From a virus (Duplodnaviria > Caudoviricetes): 31,870 nt of DNA. Each line of letters begins with the position of its first letter. Within the stretch, counting starts at the first letter, position 1. Of the stretch, positions 17,473 to 25,243 are shown piece after piece. The notes beneath the pieces were generated by a model. It was not told where the DNA came from. It worked only from the letters and a program-made list of their open reading frames with translations, and ran no database searches. A program made the translations under genes and the position numbers. The stretch lies in IMG/VR virus record IMGVR_UViG_3300011336_000294, positions 1-31,870 of that record. One strand, given 5' to 3'.

Positions 17473-17661
17473 ATGACAACCGAAATTACTACACCTACCG
17501 CCGCAGAACCTGTAACTGAGACGCAAAAAACAAATTGCTTCCTCGGCCTTTATTTCCCAAAGGAACTGAAAGACAAAGTTGCCGCCGCCGCAAAGAACGA
17601 AGATCGCTCCATGAGCAAGTATGCAGTCAGGGTATTTGAAAAGCACTTTGAAGCCGCATGA
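17473..17661 (+). CDS. Ribbon-helix-helix (Arc/CopG-like) regulator
   Basis: FLGLYFPKELKDKVAAAAKNEDRSMSKY pattern; ATG 17473 after aaccact. Confidence 0.75.
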   Translation: MTTEITTPTAAEPVTETQKTNCFLGLYFPKELKDKVAAAAKNEDRSMSKYAVRVFEKHFEAA

Positions 17662-17729
17662 GTCCACGATTTACCGCCGCATTTATTCTTATTACAATCC
17701 TCATTGTTCTAACTATTCTAACCAAATGA
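17658..17729 (+). CDS. 23-aa hydrophobic peptide
   Basis: MSPRFTAAFILITILIVLTILTK; ATGA overlaps at both ends. Confidence 0.5.
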   Translation: MSPRFTAAFILITILIVLTILTK

Positions 17730-17872
17730 AAAAAGGCCTTTACGCAAACATCAACGCAAAGCAAAAACGCATCAAAGCAGGATCGGGAGAGAAGATGCGT
17801 AAAGTAGGATCTAAGGGAGCACCAACCGCAAAGGACTTCCGAGATTCAGCCAAAACCGCAAAGAAGAAATAA
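17726..17872 (+). CDS. Small basic phage protein (GLYANI..K..RI..GSGEKMRK type)
   Basis: 48 aa, very Lys-rich; a motif I recall from aquatic phages. Confidence 0.75.
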   Translation: MKKGLYANINAKQKRIKAGSGEKMRKVGSKGAPTAKDFRDSAKTAKKK

Positions 17873-17873
17873 G

Positions 17874-18134
17874 ATGACTGAGGCATGGACACGCAAGGAA
17901 GGCAAGAATCCCAAGGGAGGATTGAATGCCAAAGGACGAGCATCGTACAACAAGGCAACAGGAGGAAACCTAAAAGCCCCTGCTCCCTCTCCTAAAACCG
18001 CCGCAGATTCCGCAAGAAAGAAATCCTTTTGTGCCAGGATGAAAGGCATGAAGGCAAAGCTAACCAGTGCCAAGACCGCAAAAGATCCCAATAGTCGCAT
18101 CAACAAGAGTTTAAGAGCTTGGAAATGTAACTAA
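17874..18134 (+). CDS. Small basic phage protein, DUF6321-like
   Basis: GKNPKGGLNAKGR...RKKSFCARM...DPNSRINKSLRAWKC. Confidence 0.75.
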   Translation: MTEAWTRKEGKNPKGGLNAKGRASYNKATGGNLKAPAPSPKTAADSARKKSFCARMKGMKAKLTSAKTAKDPNSRINKSLRAWKCN

Positions 18135-18140
18135 CCAATT

Positions 18141-18163
18141 TCCTTCAGCCTGTAACTGAAGGA
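18141..18163. promoter_or_regulatory. 8-bp intergenic hairpin
   Basis: TCCTTCAG-cctgtaa-CTGAAGGA. Confidence 0.4.
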
Positions 18164-18178
18164 GCAACCAAAAAAACA

Positions 18179-18304
18179 ATGACCATCGCACAACTAAATA
18201 AAGTAGCACAAGAAATCGCCAATCTCCTTGGTGATTTAGACGAAGCCGCACTAATCAAGGTACTTGATTTTGTAAGGACAGCATCCGAACCCTCCGCAGA
18301 GTAA
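18179..18304 (+). CDS. 41-aa helical protein
   Basis: Read by hand; TAATG overlap with next gene. Confidence 0.55.
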   Translation: MTIAQLNKVAQEIANLLGDLDEAALIKVLDFVRTASEPSAE

Positions 18305-18477
18305 TGCTTACGGAATTAATGAATCACATCCGTAGCAAGATGCAAACTAAGGCACGACCAAACACTACGGTGATTGAAACTCGCAAGCTCACTCCAGCAA
18401 AGCGAACCAAGATCAAGTCAGAGGCTACAACGCCAGTAACAAAGGGACGCAAGCCACGTTCCAAAACCAAAAAGTAA
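18304..18477 (+). CDS. 57-aa Lys/Arg/Thr-rich protein
   Basis: Read by hand, MLTELMNHIRS...KPRSKTKK. Confidence 0.55.
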   Translation: MLTELMNHIRSKMQTKARPNTTVIETRKLTPAKRTKIKSEATTPVTKGRKPRSKTKK

Positions 18478-18479
18478 CG

Positions 18480-18587
18480 ATGAAAAAGAAATCCCCAATG
18501 ATGAAGAAGGCAACGCCAGCTTCTAAGGCAACCAAAGTCAAGCCCCCTGCTTCAATGATGAACAAGGGTATGGCAAAAAAGAAGTAA
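18480..18587 (+). CDS. 35-aa Lys/Met/Pro-rich peptide
   Basis: MKKKSPMMKKATPASKATKVKPPASMMNKGMAKKK. Confidence 0.55.
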   Translation: MKKKSPMMKKATPASKATKVKPPASMMNKGMAKKK

Positions 18588-18598
18588 CTATAAACTAG

Positions 18599-18631
18599 AA
18601 CTCCCTAGCCACATGACAAGGCTAGGGAGTT
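18599..18631. terminator. Perfect 12-bp hairpin, probable terminator or processing site
   Basis: AACTCCCTAGCC-acatgacaa-GGCTAGGGAGTT; U-tract weak. Confidence 0.55.
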
Positions 18632-18669
18632 ATTAGCAGTAATTAGCAACCACGCATTATTGACCGCAC

Positions 18670-19488
18670 ATGAACAATACAAACACGTTGGCAATTAGTC
18701 AACCCTCTCCTCAGATAGCTATTGGAGACATTGAAAAGATGGCACTAGCAGTTGCCAAGTCAGGATTATTTGGAATCAAAACTCCAGAAGCCGCAATGAG
18801 TCTCATGCTCATCAGCATTGCAGAAGGTCGCCACCCTGCACTTGCCGCTAGGGATTACGACATCATCCAAGGCAGACCAGCAAAGAAGAGTGAAGCTATG
18901 CTCCGAGACTTCTTGCAGTCTGGAGGGTCAGTAGAGTGGCATGAGCTAACTGATGACATTGCAGACGCTACCTTCAGCCACCCACAGGGAGGCAAGGTTC
19001 GCATCACTTGGGATATGGAACGTGCAAAGACAGCAGGACTTGCTGGAAGGGATATGTTCCGAAAGTTTCCAAGGCAGATGCTACGGAGCAGAGTTGTGAG
19101 TGAAGGAATCCGCACGACTTGCCCGATGGCGACGAGTGGTATGTATGTACCCGAAGAGGTACAGGAGTTTGAGAGTAAAACCATTCGCATTGAGAAGCCT
19201 GTAATTAAGCAGGAAGAACAAGCAGACGTAATCAACTTGGAAGTTACAGAAAACGAGCCACAGGAGGCATTAGAGGCTCCAAAACAGCTTCCTAGCACCC
19301 CATTGAGTATGCTCAGTAGCATAATGTGGAGTGATTCAGTTCCAGATGCTCATGTTATTCACTTTCTGATTGCAAAGAAGGTTCCCAATGTCACCAAGGC
19401 CACACTCCTAAAGGAGATTGATGAGAAGGTAATTGAACGTCTCATTGCCAAGTGGGATGACGTAAAGGCATTCAAACCAATCCTGTAA
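18670..19488 (+). CDS. RecT/Redbeta-like single-strand annealing protein
   Basis: KSGLF...IIQGRP...RQMLRSRVVSEGIR...GMYVPEEV; directly upstream of an exonuclease and an SSB. Confidence 0.75.
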   Translation: MNNTNTLAISQPSPQIAIGDIEKMALAVAKSGLFGIKTPEAAMSLMLISIAEGRHPALAARDYDIIQGRPAKKSEAMLRDFLQSGGSVEWHELTDDIADATFSHPQGGKVRITWDMERAKTAGLAGRDMFRKFPRQMLRSRVVSEGIRTTCPMATSGMYVPEEVQEFESKTIRIEKPVIKQEEQADVINLEVTENEPQEALEAPKQLPSTPLSMLSSIMWSDSVPDAHVIHFLIAKKVPNVTKATLLKEIDEKVIERLIAKWDDVKAFKPIL

Positions 19489-19489
19489 C

Positions 19490-20560
19490 ATGACTGACGA
19501 ACGCAAAGGCAAACCATCAGCAAGCGGCATGAGCCGATTGACTGATTGTGCTGGATCTTGGAATCTGGAGTCTACACTTCCAGAACAGGAGGCCAACCAG
19601 TATATGCAACTAGGTACGGATGTTCACGCCACCCTAGCTGGAACTAAGGAGTTTAATGAGCTAACTGAAGAAGGACAAGAGATCGCCACCCGATGCTTGT
19701 CTGACTTTTCTACTCTCATTGCTCAACTAGACCTTGGAGAACGAACCAATGAAGTTCTAGAACAACGCTTCTGGTACAACGATGCCTACTCTGGAGCAAT
19801 CGACCGCATTGACTTCTTTGGAGATGTTGCTGTTGTCACCGATTACAAGACAGGCAGAACCGCACAGGGTAAGGCTAGTGAGAATCAGCAGTTGAAGGCT
19901 TATGCTGTCCTGGTGAAATATCACTATCCAGAGTTAAAGACCATTTTTGTTGCCGTAATCCAACCCCTTGCAGGAGGCACAACCATTGCAGAATACAACG
20001 AGGAGGAATTAGAAGCCGCAACCACAGAGATTCTTGGAATCGTATCTGCTTCATTAGATCCAGATGCACCTAGAACTCCCTCTGTAACCGCTTGCAAATG
20101 GTGCAGGGCTAAGAGCATTTGCCCTGATGCATATGGTCAAGCTACCGCCGCAAAAACCCATCTCCAAGTCTTATCGGGAGTAGCTATCGCAACCCTATCC
20201 AACGATGAGCTTTCATCAATAGATTCCAAAGCAGACATTGTGGAAGACTTCATTGATGAGATCCGTAAGGAGATCAAGAAACGCCTCATGGAAGGTCAGC
20301 AAATTACTGGACGCAAGCTAGGAAAAGGTCGTACAACTAGGAGTGTTTCAACCGATTCAGCCGCCGTTATATCTACGCTTTCTGGTATTCTGTCACCTTC
20401 TGATGTTATGGCTTGTGCAAAAATTAGCGTCACGAGTTTGGAGAAAGCAGTTGGAAAGGCTAAAGGACTCAAAGGAAGAGAGGCCAAAGAAACACTTGAT
20501 GCCGCACTTGGTTGGCTTATCGAAACCAAGGAAGGCGAACCAATCCTCATGCGTGAATGA
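19490..20560 (+). CDS. PD-(D/E)XK exonuclease, DUF2800/Cas4-like
   Basis: SAS....C.GS, GTDVH, GAID, DYKTG, QLKAYA, CKWCRAKSICP. Confidence 0.85.
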   Translation: MTDERKGKPSASGMSRLTDCAGSWNLESTLPEQEANQYMQLGTDVHATLAGTKEFNELTEEGQEIATRCLSDFSTLIAQLDLGERTNEVLEQRFWYNDAYSGAIDRIDFFGDVAVVTDYKTGRTAQGKASENQQLKAYAVLVKYHYPELKTIFVAVIQPLAGGTTIAEYNEEELEAATTEILGIVSASLDPDAPRTPSVTACKWCRAKSICPDAYGQATAAKTHLQVLSGVAIATLSNDELSSIDSKADIVEDFIDEIRKEIKKRLMEGQQITGRKLGKGRTTRSVSTDSAAVISTLSGILSPSDVMACAKISVTSLEKAVGKAKGLKGREAKETLDAALGWLIETKEGEPILMRE

Positions 20561-20771
20561 TCAGCCGCATCCAGATGCCCATGCCTTGTGGATTAAATTT
20601 GCAGGAAGGGAATGGATCGTCATGCATCACATAGGCCACTTCCAAGCTATTCCAGCAGACAGCAGAAACGTAAAACCATTAGATGTTAAGAAACTTTTCC
20701 GTTACCTCGTTAATGAGGGATTCATAAACGATGACGGAAACCCACCAAACCAACACCCAGTAAACGTATGA
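20553..20771 (+). CDS. Hypothetical protein
   Basis: GTG 20553 overlapping nuclease end; YLVNEGFI motif. Confidence 0.55.
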   Translation: MNDQPHPDAHALWIKFAGREWIVMHHIGHFQAIPADSRNVKPLDVKKLFRYLVNEGFINDDGNPPNQHPVNV

Positions 20772-21094
20772 TAACCGCAAAGATTGATGTAAAAAAGATA
20801 GACAAAGAAGAGCTATACCAAGGCGAAAAGGGAACCTACCTGGATATTGTTCTGTATGCTAATACCGACGAGACAGGAACAGAAGTTCCAGACCAGTATG
20901 GCAACGATGGAGTAATCAAGCAGGGACTTTCCAAGGCTTCTCGTGAGGCCAAGAAGAAGCAACCCATCCTTGGCAACTACAAGGTTAAGGATCAGAACTC
21001 CTTTGCCGCAAAAGTAAAGCCAGCACCAGCATTCAAAAAGCCACAGCAAGAAGCACCCATTTGGGATGGTGCAGACGAAGAGATTCCATTCTAA
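20768..21094 (+). CDS. Putative single-stranded DNA-binding protein
   Basis: KIDVKKIDK...GTYLD...DQYGNDG...PILGN, acidic tail EEIPF. Confidence 0.7.
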   Translation: MITAKIDVKKIDKEELYQGEKGTYLDIVLYANTDETGTEVPDQYGNDGVIKQGLSKASREAKKKQPILGNYKVKDQNSFAAKVKPAPAFKKPQQEAPIWDGADEEIPF

Positions 21095-21124
21095 ACCCAA
21101 AACTAACAACAACCAACCACGCAT

Positions 21125-21352
21125 ATGACCCCAAAAGCTAAACCTACACAGGCAGAGAAGATAGGCCAATTAGAAGCAGGACTTGATTTCCAGAACAGGG
21201 AATCAAAACACATCCTAGAGATGGTAAGAAAGCATCATGTAGAGCTTCAAGAGCAAACCGAAACCATTAGTGAACTCACTGAAATTATGAGGATTTACGC
21301 AATCGTTCTATTAGCCGCAGTTGGACTAACCCTTTACTTTGTATTGCGATGA
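21125..21352 (+). CDS. Coiled-coil protein with C-terminal transmembrane helix
   Basis: 75 aa, ends IYAIVLLAAVGLTLYFVLR. Confidence 0.65.
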   Translation: MTPKAKPTQAEKIGQLEAGLDFQNRESKHILEMVRKHHVELQEQTETISELTEIMRIYAIVLLAAVGLTLYFVLR

Positions 21353-21582
21353 TGCCCTATTGCTCTTGTGCTGAAATTAAAGATAGCTTTGGCAAAGACG
21401 TAGCATCTGTTCCTGTATGGCATGATTGTGAGTATATCGCAAAGAGGAACAAACTGATCCCCGAAGCATGGAAGAAGGCTTTGGGTATGATAAATGAAAA
21501 CGGAGAACTAAATGAGGATAGATTAACTTATGTGTTCTCTACATTAATGGATGAAGCCGCAAAGAAGGAAAAACTTTTATGA
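21349..21582 (+). CDS. Hypothetical protein
   Basis: 77 aa, ATGA overlaps. Confidence 0.65.
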   Translation: MMPYCSCAEIKDSFGKDVASVPVWHDCEYIAKRNKLIPEAWKKALGMINENGELNEDRLTYVFSTLMDEAAKKEKLL

Positions 21583-21782
21583 AATATAGCGAATCAGCAA
21601 AAGCCTACGTCAACGGAGTAAACGTTCGATTCTTGGGAGTTGACAATAAGATACCAACCCTTGATGAGCGAGTGATGGCGGCATTCGATGCTGGAGCAAG
21701 ATCAGTAACTAGATCCTTCTCCAACCTTGATTGCTTATCTGATGAGAAAGGAAAAATCAACTTCCCAAAATGGAATGAGTGA
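21579..21782 (+). CDS. Hypothetical protein
   Basis: 67 aa, ATGA overlap. Confidence 0.6.
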   Translation: MKYSESAKAYVNGVNVRFLGVDNKIPTLDERVMAAFDAGARSVTRSFSNLDCLSDEKGKINFPKWNE

Positions 21783-22116
21783 TCAATTTGATTTCGACTT
21801 TACTCCTATAGTTCAAGAGCAGGATCGTTGCTCTTTAAGCGATAGATTTGAGAGGTTTCATTTAAACAATCCTCATGTTTACAAGAATCTCGTTCAGCTT
21901 GCGAGGCAGTTCCGAGATATGCGGCCTGATGCCATTATAGGTATTCAGATGCTCTTTGAGGTATTGCGATGGAACTACTGGATTAATGTAGATAGCGATG
22001 AGCAGTTTAAGTTTCCAAACGCATTTGCCGCTGGATACTCAAGATTGATTATGAAGAATGAATCTGATTTAGAGGGAATCTTCAAGCTATGCAAATCAAC
22101 CTTTGACGAGGAATAG
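21775..22116 (+). CDS. Conserved phage protein (FH..NPHVY...EVLRW...Y.RLIM family)
   Basis: Recognisable motif pattern; ATG 21775. Confidence 0.7.
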   Translation: MSDQFDFDFTPIVQEQDRCSLSDRFERFHLNNPHVYKNLVQLARQFRDMRPDAIIGIQMLFEVLRWNYWINVDSDEQFKFPNAFAAGYSRLIMKNESDLEGIFKLCKSTFDEE

Positions 22117-22117
22117 A

Positions 22118-22726
22118 ATGAACAATCATCATTGCTTAAACGCTTCAGTCCCACAGCATCTGTACGGATATGTAGCATCAGACATACTTCATGGGTTAGA
22201 TGGACGCACAGACTTAGAGGCTTGCGTTATAATTGGAGTTACTTCTTTGCCTAGTAGAGCATTGCACTTCAGCATTTTGTGCGAAAGTGGTGCTCAGTGG
22301 GCCAGGATTCCATTACATAAATTGTACCACGAACTACCTAAAATTTCTGCACATCCCATAACAAGTTTACAAATGTGGGATAGTCATGGATGGGATTTTT
22401 CTGTAGTTAGGTATGAGTATCTCAGAGAAATGAGTTGCCATTATCTTGACAGGGATGGCAATAGAATTAATGCAACCTACTGGTACACATTGGATCATAC
22501 AGACAATGGATATTCCCAGTATCCAAGTGAACACAAATGTTATCATATGTTATTATTAGATGATGGAAGTGGACAAATTGCGGCTCAACCTAACAACAGA
22601 ATTGTTTGGCACGATGATTCGTTTGTTAAACAGGGATCTATTCCTCAGTACCGAGTGATGCCACCTACAACCTGGCATGCCGAGATTGGCAGGAACGCAC
22701 AAGAAACCGCATTTACCAAAGACTAA
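22118..22726 (+). CDS. Conserved phage protein of unknown function (LNA.VP...GQIAAQPNNR family)
   Basis: Recognisable motif pattern; ATG 22118. Confidence 0.75.
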   Translation: MNNHHCLNASVPQHLYGYVASDILHGLDGRTDLEACVIIGVTSLPSRALHFSILCESGAQWARIPLHKLYHELPKISAHPITSLQMWDSHGWDFSVVRYEYLREMSCHYLDRDGNRINATYWYTLDHTDNGYSQYPSEHKCYHMLLLDDGSGQIAAQPNNRIVWHDDSFVKQGSIPQYRVMPPTTWHAEIGRNAQETAFTKD

Positions 22727-22729
22727 TTT

Positions 22730-22957
22730 ATGACCACCGACACACCTCGCACGGATGCCGCTTCCTGCAAATGGACGAGAGAGTATTTCACTGAATACTA
22801 CGATAGCGGCGACGAAGAGGAGAGATTTGAGTTCGCTACCGAGTGCGGGGATTACGCCGCATTCAATGGGTGTTTCAGACCAGAATTCGTGACCAAGTGC
22901 AAATTCTGCCAGAAGCCTATTGAAGAAATTGACCCAGAAAACCCAGAAGACAAATGA
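22730..22957 (+). CDS. Modular array gene 1: MTTDTPRTDA + Cys-rich (zinc-finger-like) module
   Basis: 75 aa; C.W...ECG...CKFC. Confidence 0.75.
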   Translation: MTTDTPRTDAASCKWTREYFTEYYDSGDEEERFEFATECGDYAAFNGCFRPEFVTKCKFCQKPIEEIDPENPEDK

Positions 22958-23295
22958 CCACAACCGACACCCCGCGAACCGATGCCATGTATGAGACTCA
23001 CACATCGGAGTATCAACGCAGGCTTTTAAGCGAGGATCTTGAACGAAAGCTACATGACGCTGAAATAAGAATCCAAGCAGAGGTATCTAGAATTGAGATG
23101 CTTAATCGCAAACTCGCAGCATCAAATGCCAAGGTCGAGAGGCTGGCTGGGAGAGTTAAAGAACTGGAGAGTGTATTGCGACAAGTTATCAACACGCCAG
23201 TTATAGACCCGGCAAAGCTGATTGATCTCTCTATGGGTCAACTATGGGACTCTATTGCTGATGCCAAAAACACCCTCAACCCCACCAACAAATGA
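22954..23295 (+). CDS. Modular array gene 2: MTTTDTPRTDA + coiled coil with AKVERL box
   Basis: 113 aa; ATGA overlaps at both ends. Confidence 0.8.
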   Translation: MTTTDTPRTDAMYETHTSEYQRRLLSEDLERKLHDAEIRIQAEVSRIEMLNRKLAASNAKVERLAGRVKELESVLRQVINTPVIDPAKLIDLSMGQLWDSIADAKNTLNPTNK

Positions 23296-23591
23296 CATCC
23301 GACACACCACGCACCGATGCTGAATGGGCATCAACTTGGCAAACCGAGCGCAGACTGCATGAATTGTGCCTGCAATTAGAACGCGAACTCGCAATCTCAC
23401 TTGAGAACCAACTCAAGACACAGGCCGAGGTCGAGCGGCTGAAGGGATTCCTGCATCGTAGCCTACAATTATCTGAGGGCTTTCGCGTAGCCCTTAGTGG
23501 AGTCACGGGCGGCGAGGTGACTTGCACACATCGCGAAAAGCTTATGCGCGAAATCTCCACCCTCTATCCCAAAACCACAACCAACAAATGA
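23292..23591 (+). CDS. Modular array gene 3: MTSDTPRTDA + AEVERL box
   Basis: 99 aa; ATGA overlaps. Confidence 0.8.
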   Translation: MTSDTPRTDAEWASTWQTERRLHELCLQLERELAISLENQLKTQAEVERLKGFLHRSLQLSEGFRVALSGVTGGEVTCTHREKLMREISTLYPKTTTNK

Positions 23592-24049
23592 AAACAAACG
23601 ATCATGTTACCGATCATGCTACCGATCATGCTACCGATCATGGCTGTGATGTCTCTCTAATCGAACAGCTCAAATCCATTCCGCTTGAATCAAGAGAGTG
23701 GATAAAAAATGAAGCAGGTTTAGGACTTAGAAACATGCCCTACGGAAGGTATTGTCAAAAAGCGGCGGAGTCACTCCAGAAAGCAAAGGCCGAGGTCGAG
23801 AGGCTTACAGGCAGAATGCAAGAAGCCGAAGACCTCATTGAAGGGCTTCACGAGGGATGGAAGAAGGCAAGGAAAGCCCATTTAGCAACCTGTAAAAACG
23901 CTCAAGCTGAAATTGATAAACTGCACACAGAAAACGTCTGTCTCCAAGAACTCATCCAAGAGTTTTACGAGTGGACGAGGCGAGACTTTCCAACCGAGCA
24001 GGAAGTCCGAGAGATCATGGACAGATACCACAACCTATTAAACAAATGA
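23588..24049 (+). CDS. Modular array gene 4: TDHA repeats + AEVERL box + shared 86-aa C-terminal module
   Basis: True start ATG 23588 (aacaaATGA overlap), 153 aa. Confidence 0.8.
   Translation: MKTNDHVTDHATDHATDHGCDVSLIEQLKSIPLESREWIKNEAGLGLRNMPYGRYCQKAAESLQKAKAEVERLTGRMQEAEDLIEGLHEGWKKARKAHLATCKNAQAEIDKLHTENVCLQELIQEFYEWTRRDFPTEQEVREIMDRYHNLLNK
23597..23644 (+). repeat. 12-bp tandem repeat, 4 imperfect copies (ACCGATCATGCT)
   Basis: aacgatcatgtt accgatcatgct accgatcatgct accgatcatggc; in frame. Confidence 0.9.
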
Positions 24050-24571
24050 CCACCGACACACCGCGAAATGCCTGCCCTCATTGCGGGGCTGAAAGTTACG
24101 TATCCGAAGATGCGTTCCACGATGCAGACGGCAACCCTCAATGGAGAAATATTACACGGTATGAGTGCGGTTCCACCTCAGGAAACCAAGCTCAGATATG
24201 TTTTGAGCGAGAGTATCGCAAGAAAGCAGAGGCCGAGGTCGATGATCTTCTCTTTATTCGCAAGACACTCGCTGAAAACCTTGAAAAGTCTCAGGCCGAG
24301 GTCGAGCGGCTTACAGGCAGAATGAAAGAAGCCGAAGACCTCATTGAAGGGCTTCACGAGGGATGGAAGAAGGCGAGGAAATCCCACCTTTTAACCTGCA
24401 AAAACGCTCAGGCAGAAATTGATAAACTCCACACCAAAAATGTCTGCCTCCAAGAACTTATCCAAGAGTTCTACGAGTGGACGAAGAGAGACTACCCAAC
24501 CGAGCAGGAAGTCAGAGAAATTATGAACCGATACCACGACCTACTAAACAAATGAACACCGACACACCACG
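23788..24571 (+). repeat. About 280-bp imperfect direct repeat (23788-24065 and 24294-24571, offset 506)
   Basis: Encodes 86-aa C-termini differing at 8 residues; runs from an AEVERL box to the next gene's TDTPR box. Confidence 0.92.
24046..24555 (+). CDS. Modular array gene 5: MTTDTPR + zinc finger + two AEV boxes + shared C-terminal module
   Basis: True start ATG 24046, 169 aa; CPHCG...ECGS...C. Confidence 0.8.
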   Translation: MTTDTPRNACPHCGAESYVSEDAFHDADGNPQWRNITRYECGSTSGNQAQICFEREYRKKAEAEVDDLLFIRKTLAENLEKSQAEVERLTGRMKEAEDLIEGLHEGWKKARKSHLLTCKNAQAEIDKLHTKNVCLQELIQEFYEWTKRDYPTEQEVREIMNRYHDLLNK

Positions 24572-24920
24572 CACTATGACACCAGCACAAATCAACAGAC
24601 GCATCTCTGAAACGTGCGGATGCGATGTCGATTGGACAGCTCCTTGCATCTATGCGTTAGAGGCAGAGGTCGCAGACCTTAAACAAGCATTGGAAATAGC
24701 GAACCGATCCGCAGACGACCAGATGTTTCAGAAGCGAGAAGCCGAGGCCGAGGTCGAGAAACTATGCCGAGAACTAGCAGAAGCAAGATCCTTGATTATC
24801 GAATCAAAAAAGATGCACGACTATATAAGAAAGCTACTCAGTTTTGTTTATATGGAACTGCCAGCACACGAGAACACCAAGAAATTCGTACACCAATACT
24901 TCAATGAGATTCAAAGCTAA
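24552..24920 (+). CDS. Modular array gene 6: MNTDTPRT + two AEV boxes
   Basis: True start ATG 24552, 122 aa. Confidence 0.8.
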   Translation: MNTDTPRTMTPAQINRRISETCGCDVDWTAPCIYALEAEVADLKQALEIANRSADDQMFQKREAEAEVEKLCRELAEARSLIIESKKMHDYIRKLLSFVYMELPAHENTKKFVHQYFNEIQS

Positions 24921-25242
24921 AGCCAATACCGCAAGGAGAGTTGCTGGTCAGATGAACAAGACCGAGCAAGCCTATGCCGCACTCTTAGAGCAACGCAAAC
25001 AAGCAGGAGAGATCCACCACTACCAGTTTGAGGCTATGGCGTTGAAACTTGCGAAGTTGACCACATACACTCCTGACTTTTTCGTGATACTTGCTAGTGG
25101 AGAGATCGAATACCATGAAGTAAAGGGGCATTGGATGGGTAATGGTCGTGTAAAAATAAAGGTTGCGGCTGAAAACCACCCTTGGTTTCGGTTCGTTGCT
25201 GTCCAATACAAAAAGAAAGAATGGTCATACGAGGAGTTTTAA
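24904..25242 (+). CDS. PD-(D/E)XK endonuclease, DUF1064-like (possible resolvase)
   Basis: MNKTEQAY...YTPDF...HEVKG...VKIKVAA; ATG 24904. Confidence 0.8.
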   Translation: MRFKAKANTARRVAGQMNKTEQAYAALLEQRKQAGEIHHYQFEAMALKLAKLTTYTPDFFVILASGEIEYHEVKGHWMGNGRVKIKVAAENHPWFRFVAVQYKKKEWSYEEF

Positions 25243-25243
25243 C

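Noticed and set aside
19490-20560. Cas4 as part of a CRISPR system
   Set aside because: Context (annealase, SSB) fits an ordinary phage recombination exonuclease.
23522-24551. Upstream-extended starts given by the ORF track (23522, 23971, 24477)
   Set aside because: ATGA-coupled starts at 23588, 24046 and 24552 fit the shared junction and N-terminal motif better.
23788-24571. Diversity-generating retroelement TR/VR pair
   Set aside because: Mismatches are not adenine-specific (G/T and T/C changes occur), both copies are coding, and there is no reverse transcriptase in the window.
22730-24920. CRISPR array or integron reading of the repeated boxes
   Set aside because: Repeats are in-frame coding, degenerate and irregularly spaced; no cas operon, attC-like palindromes or integrase.
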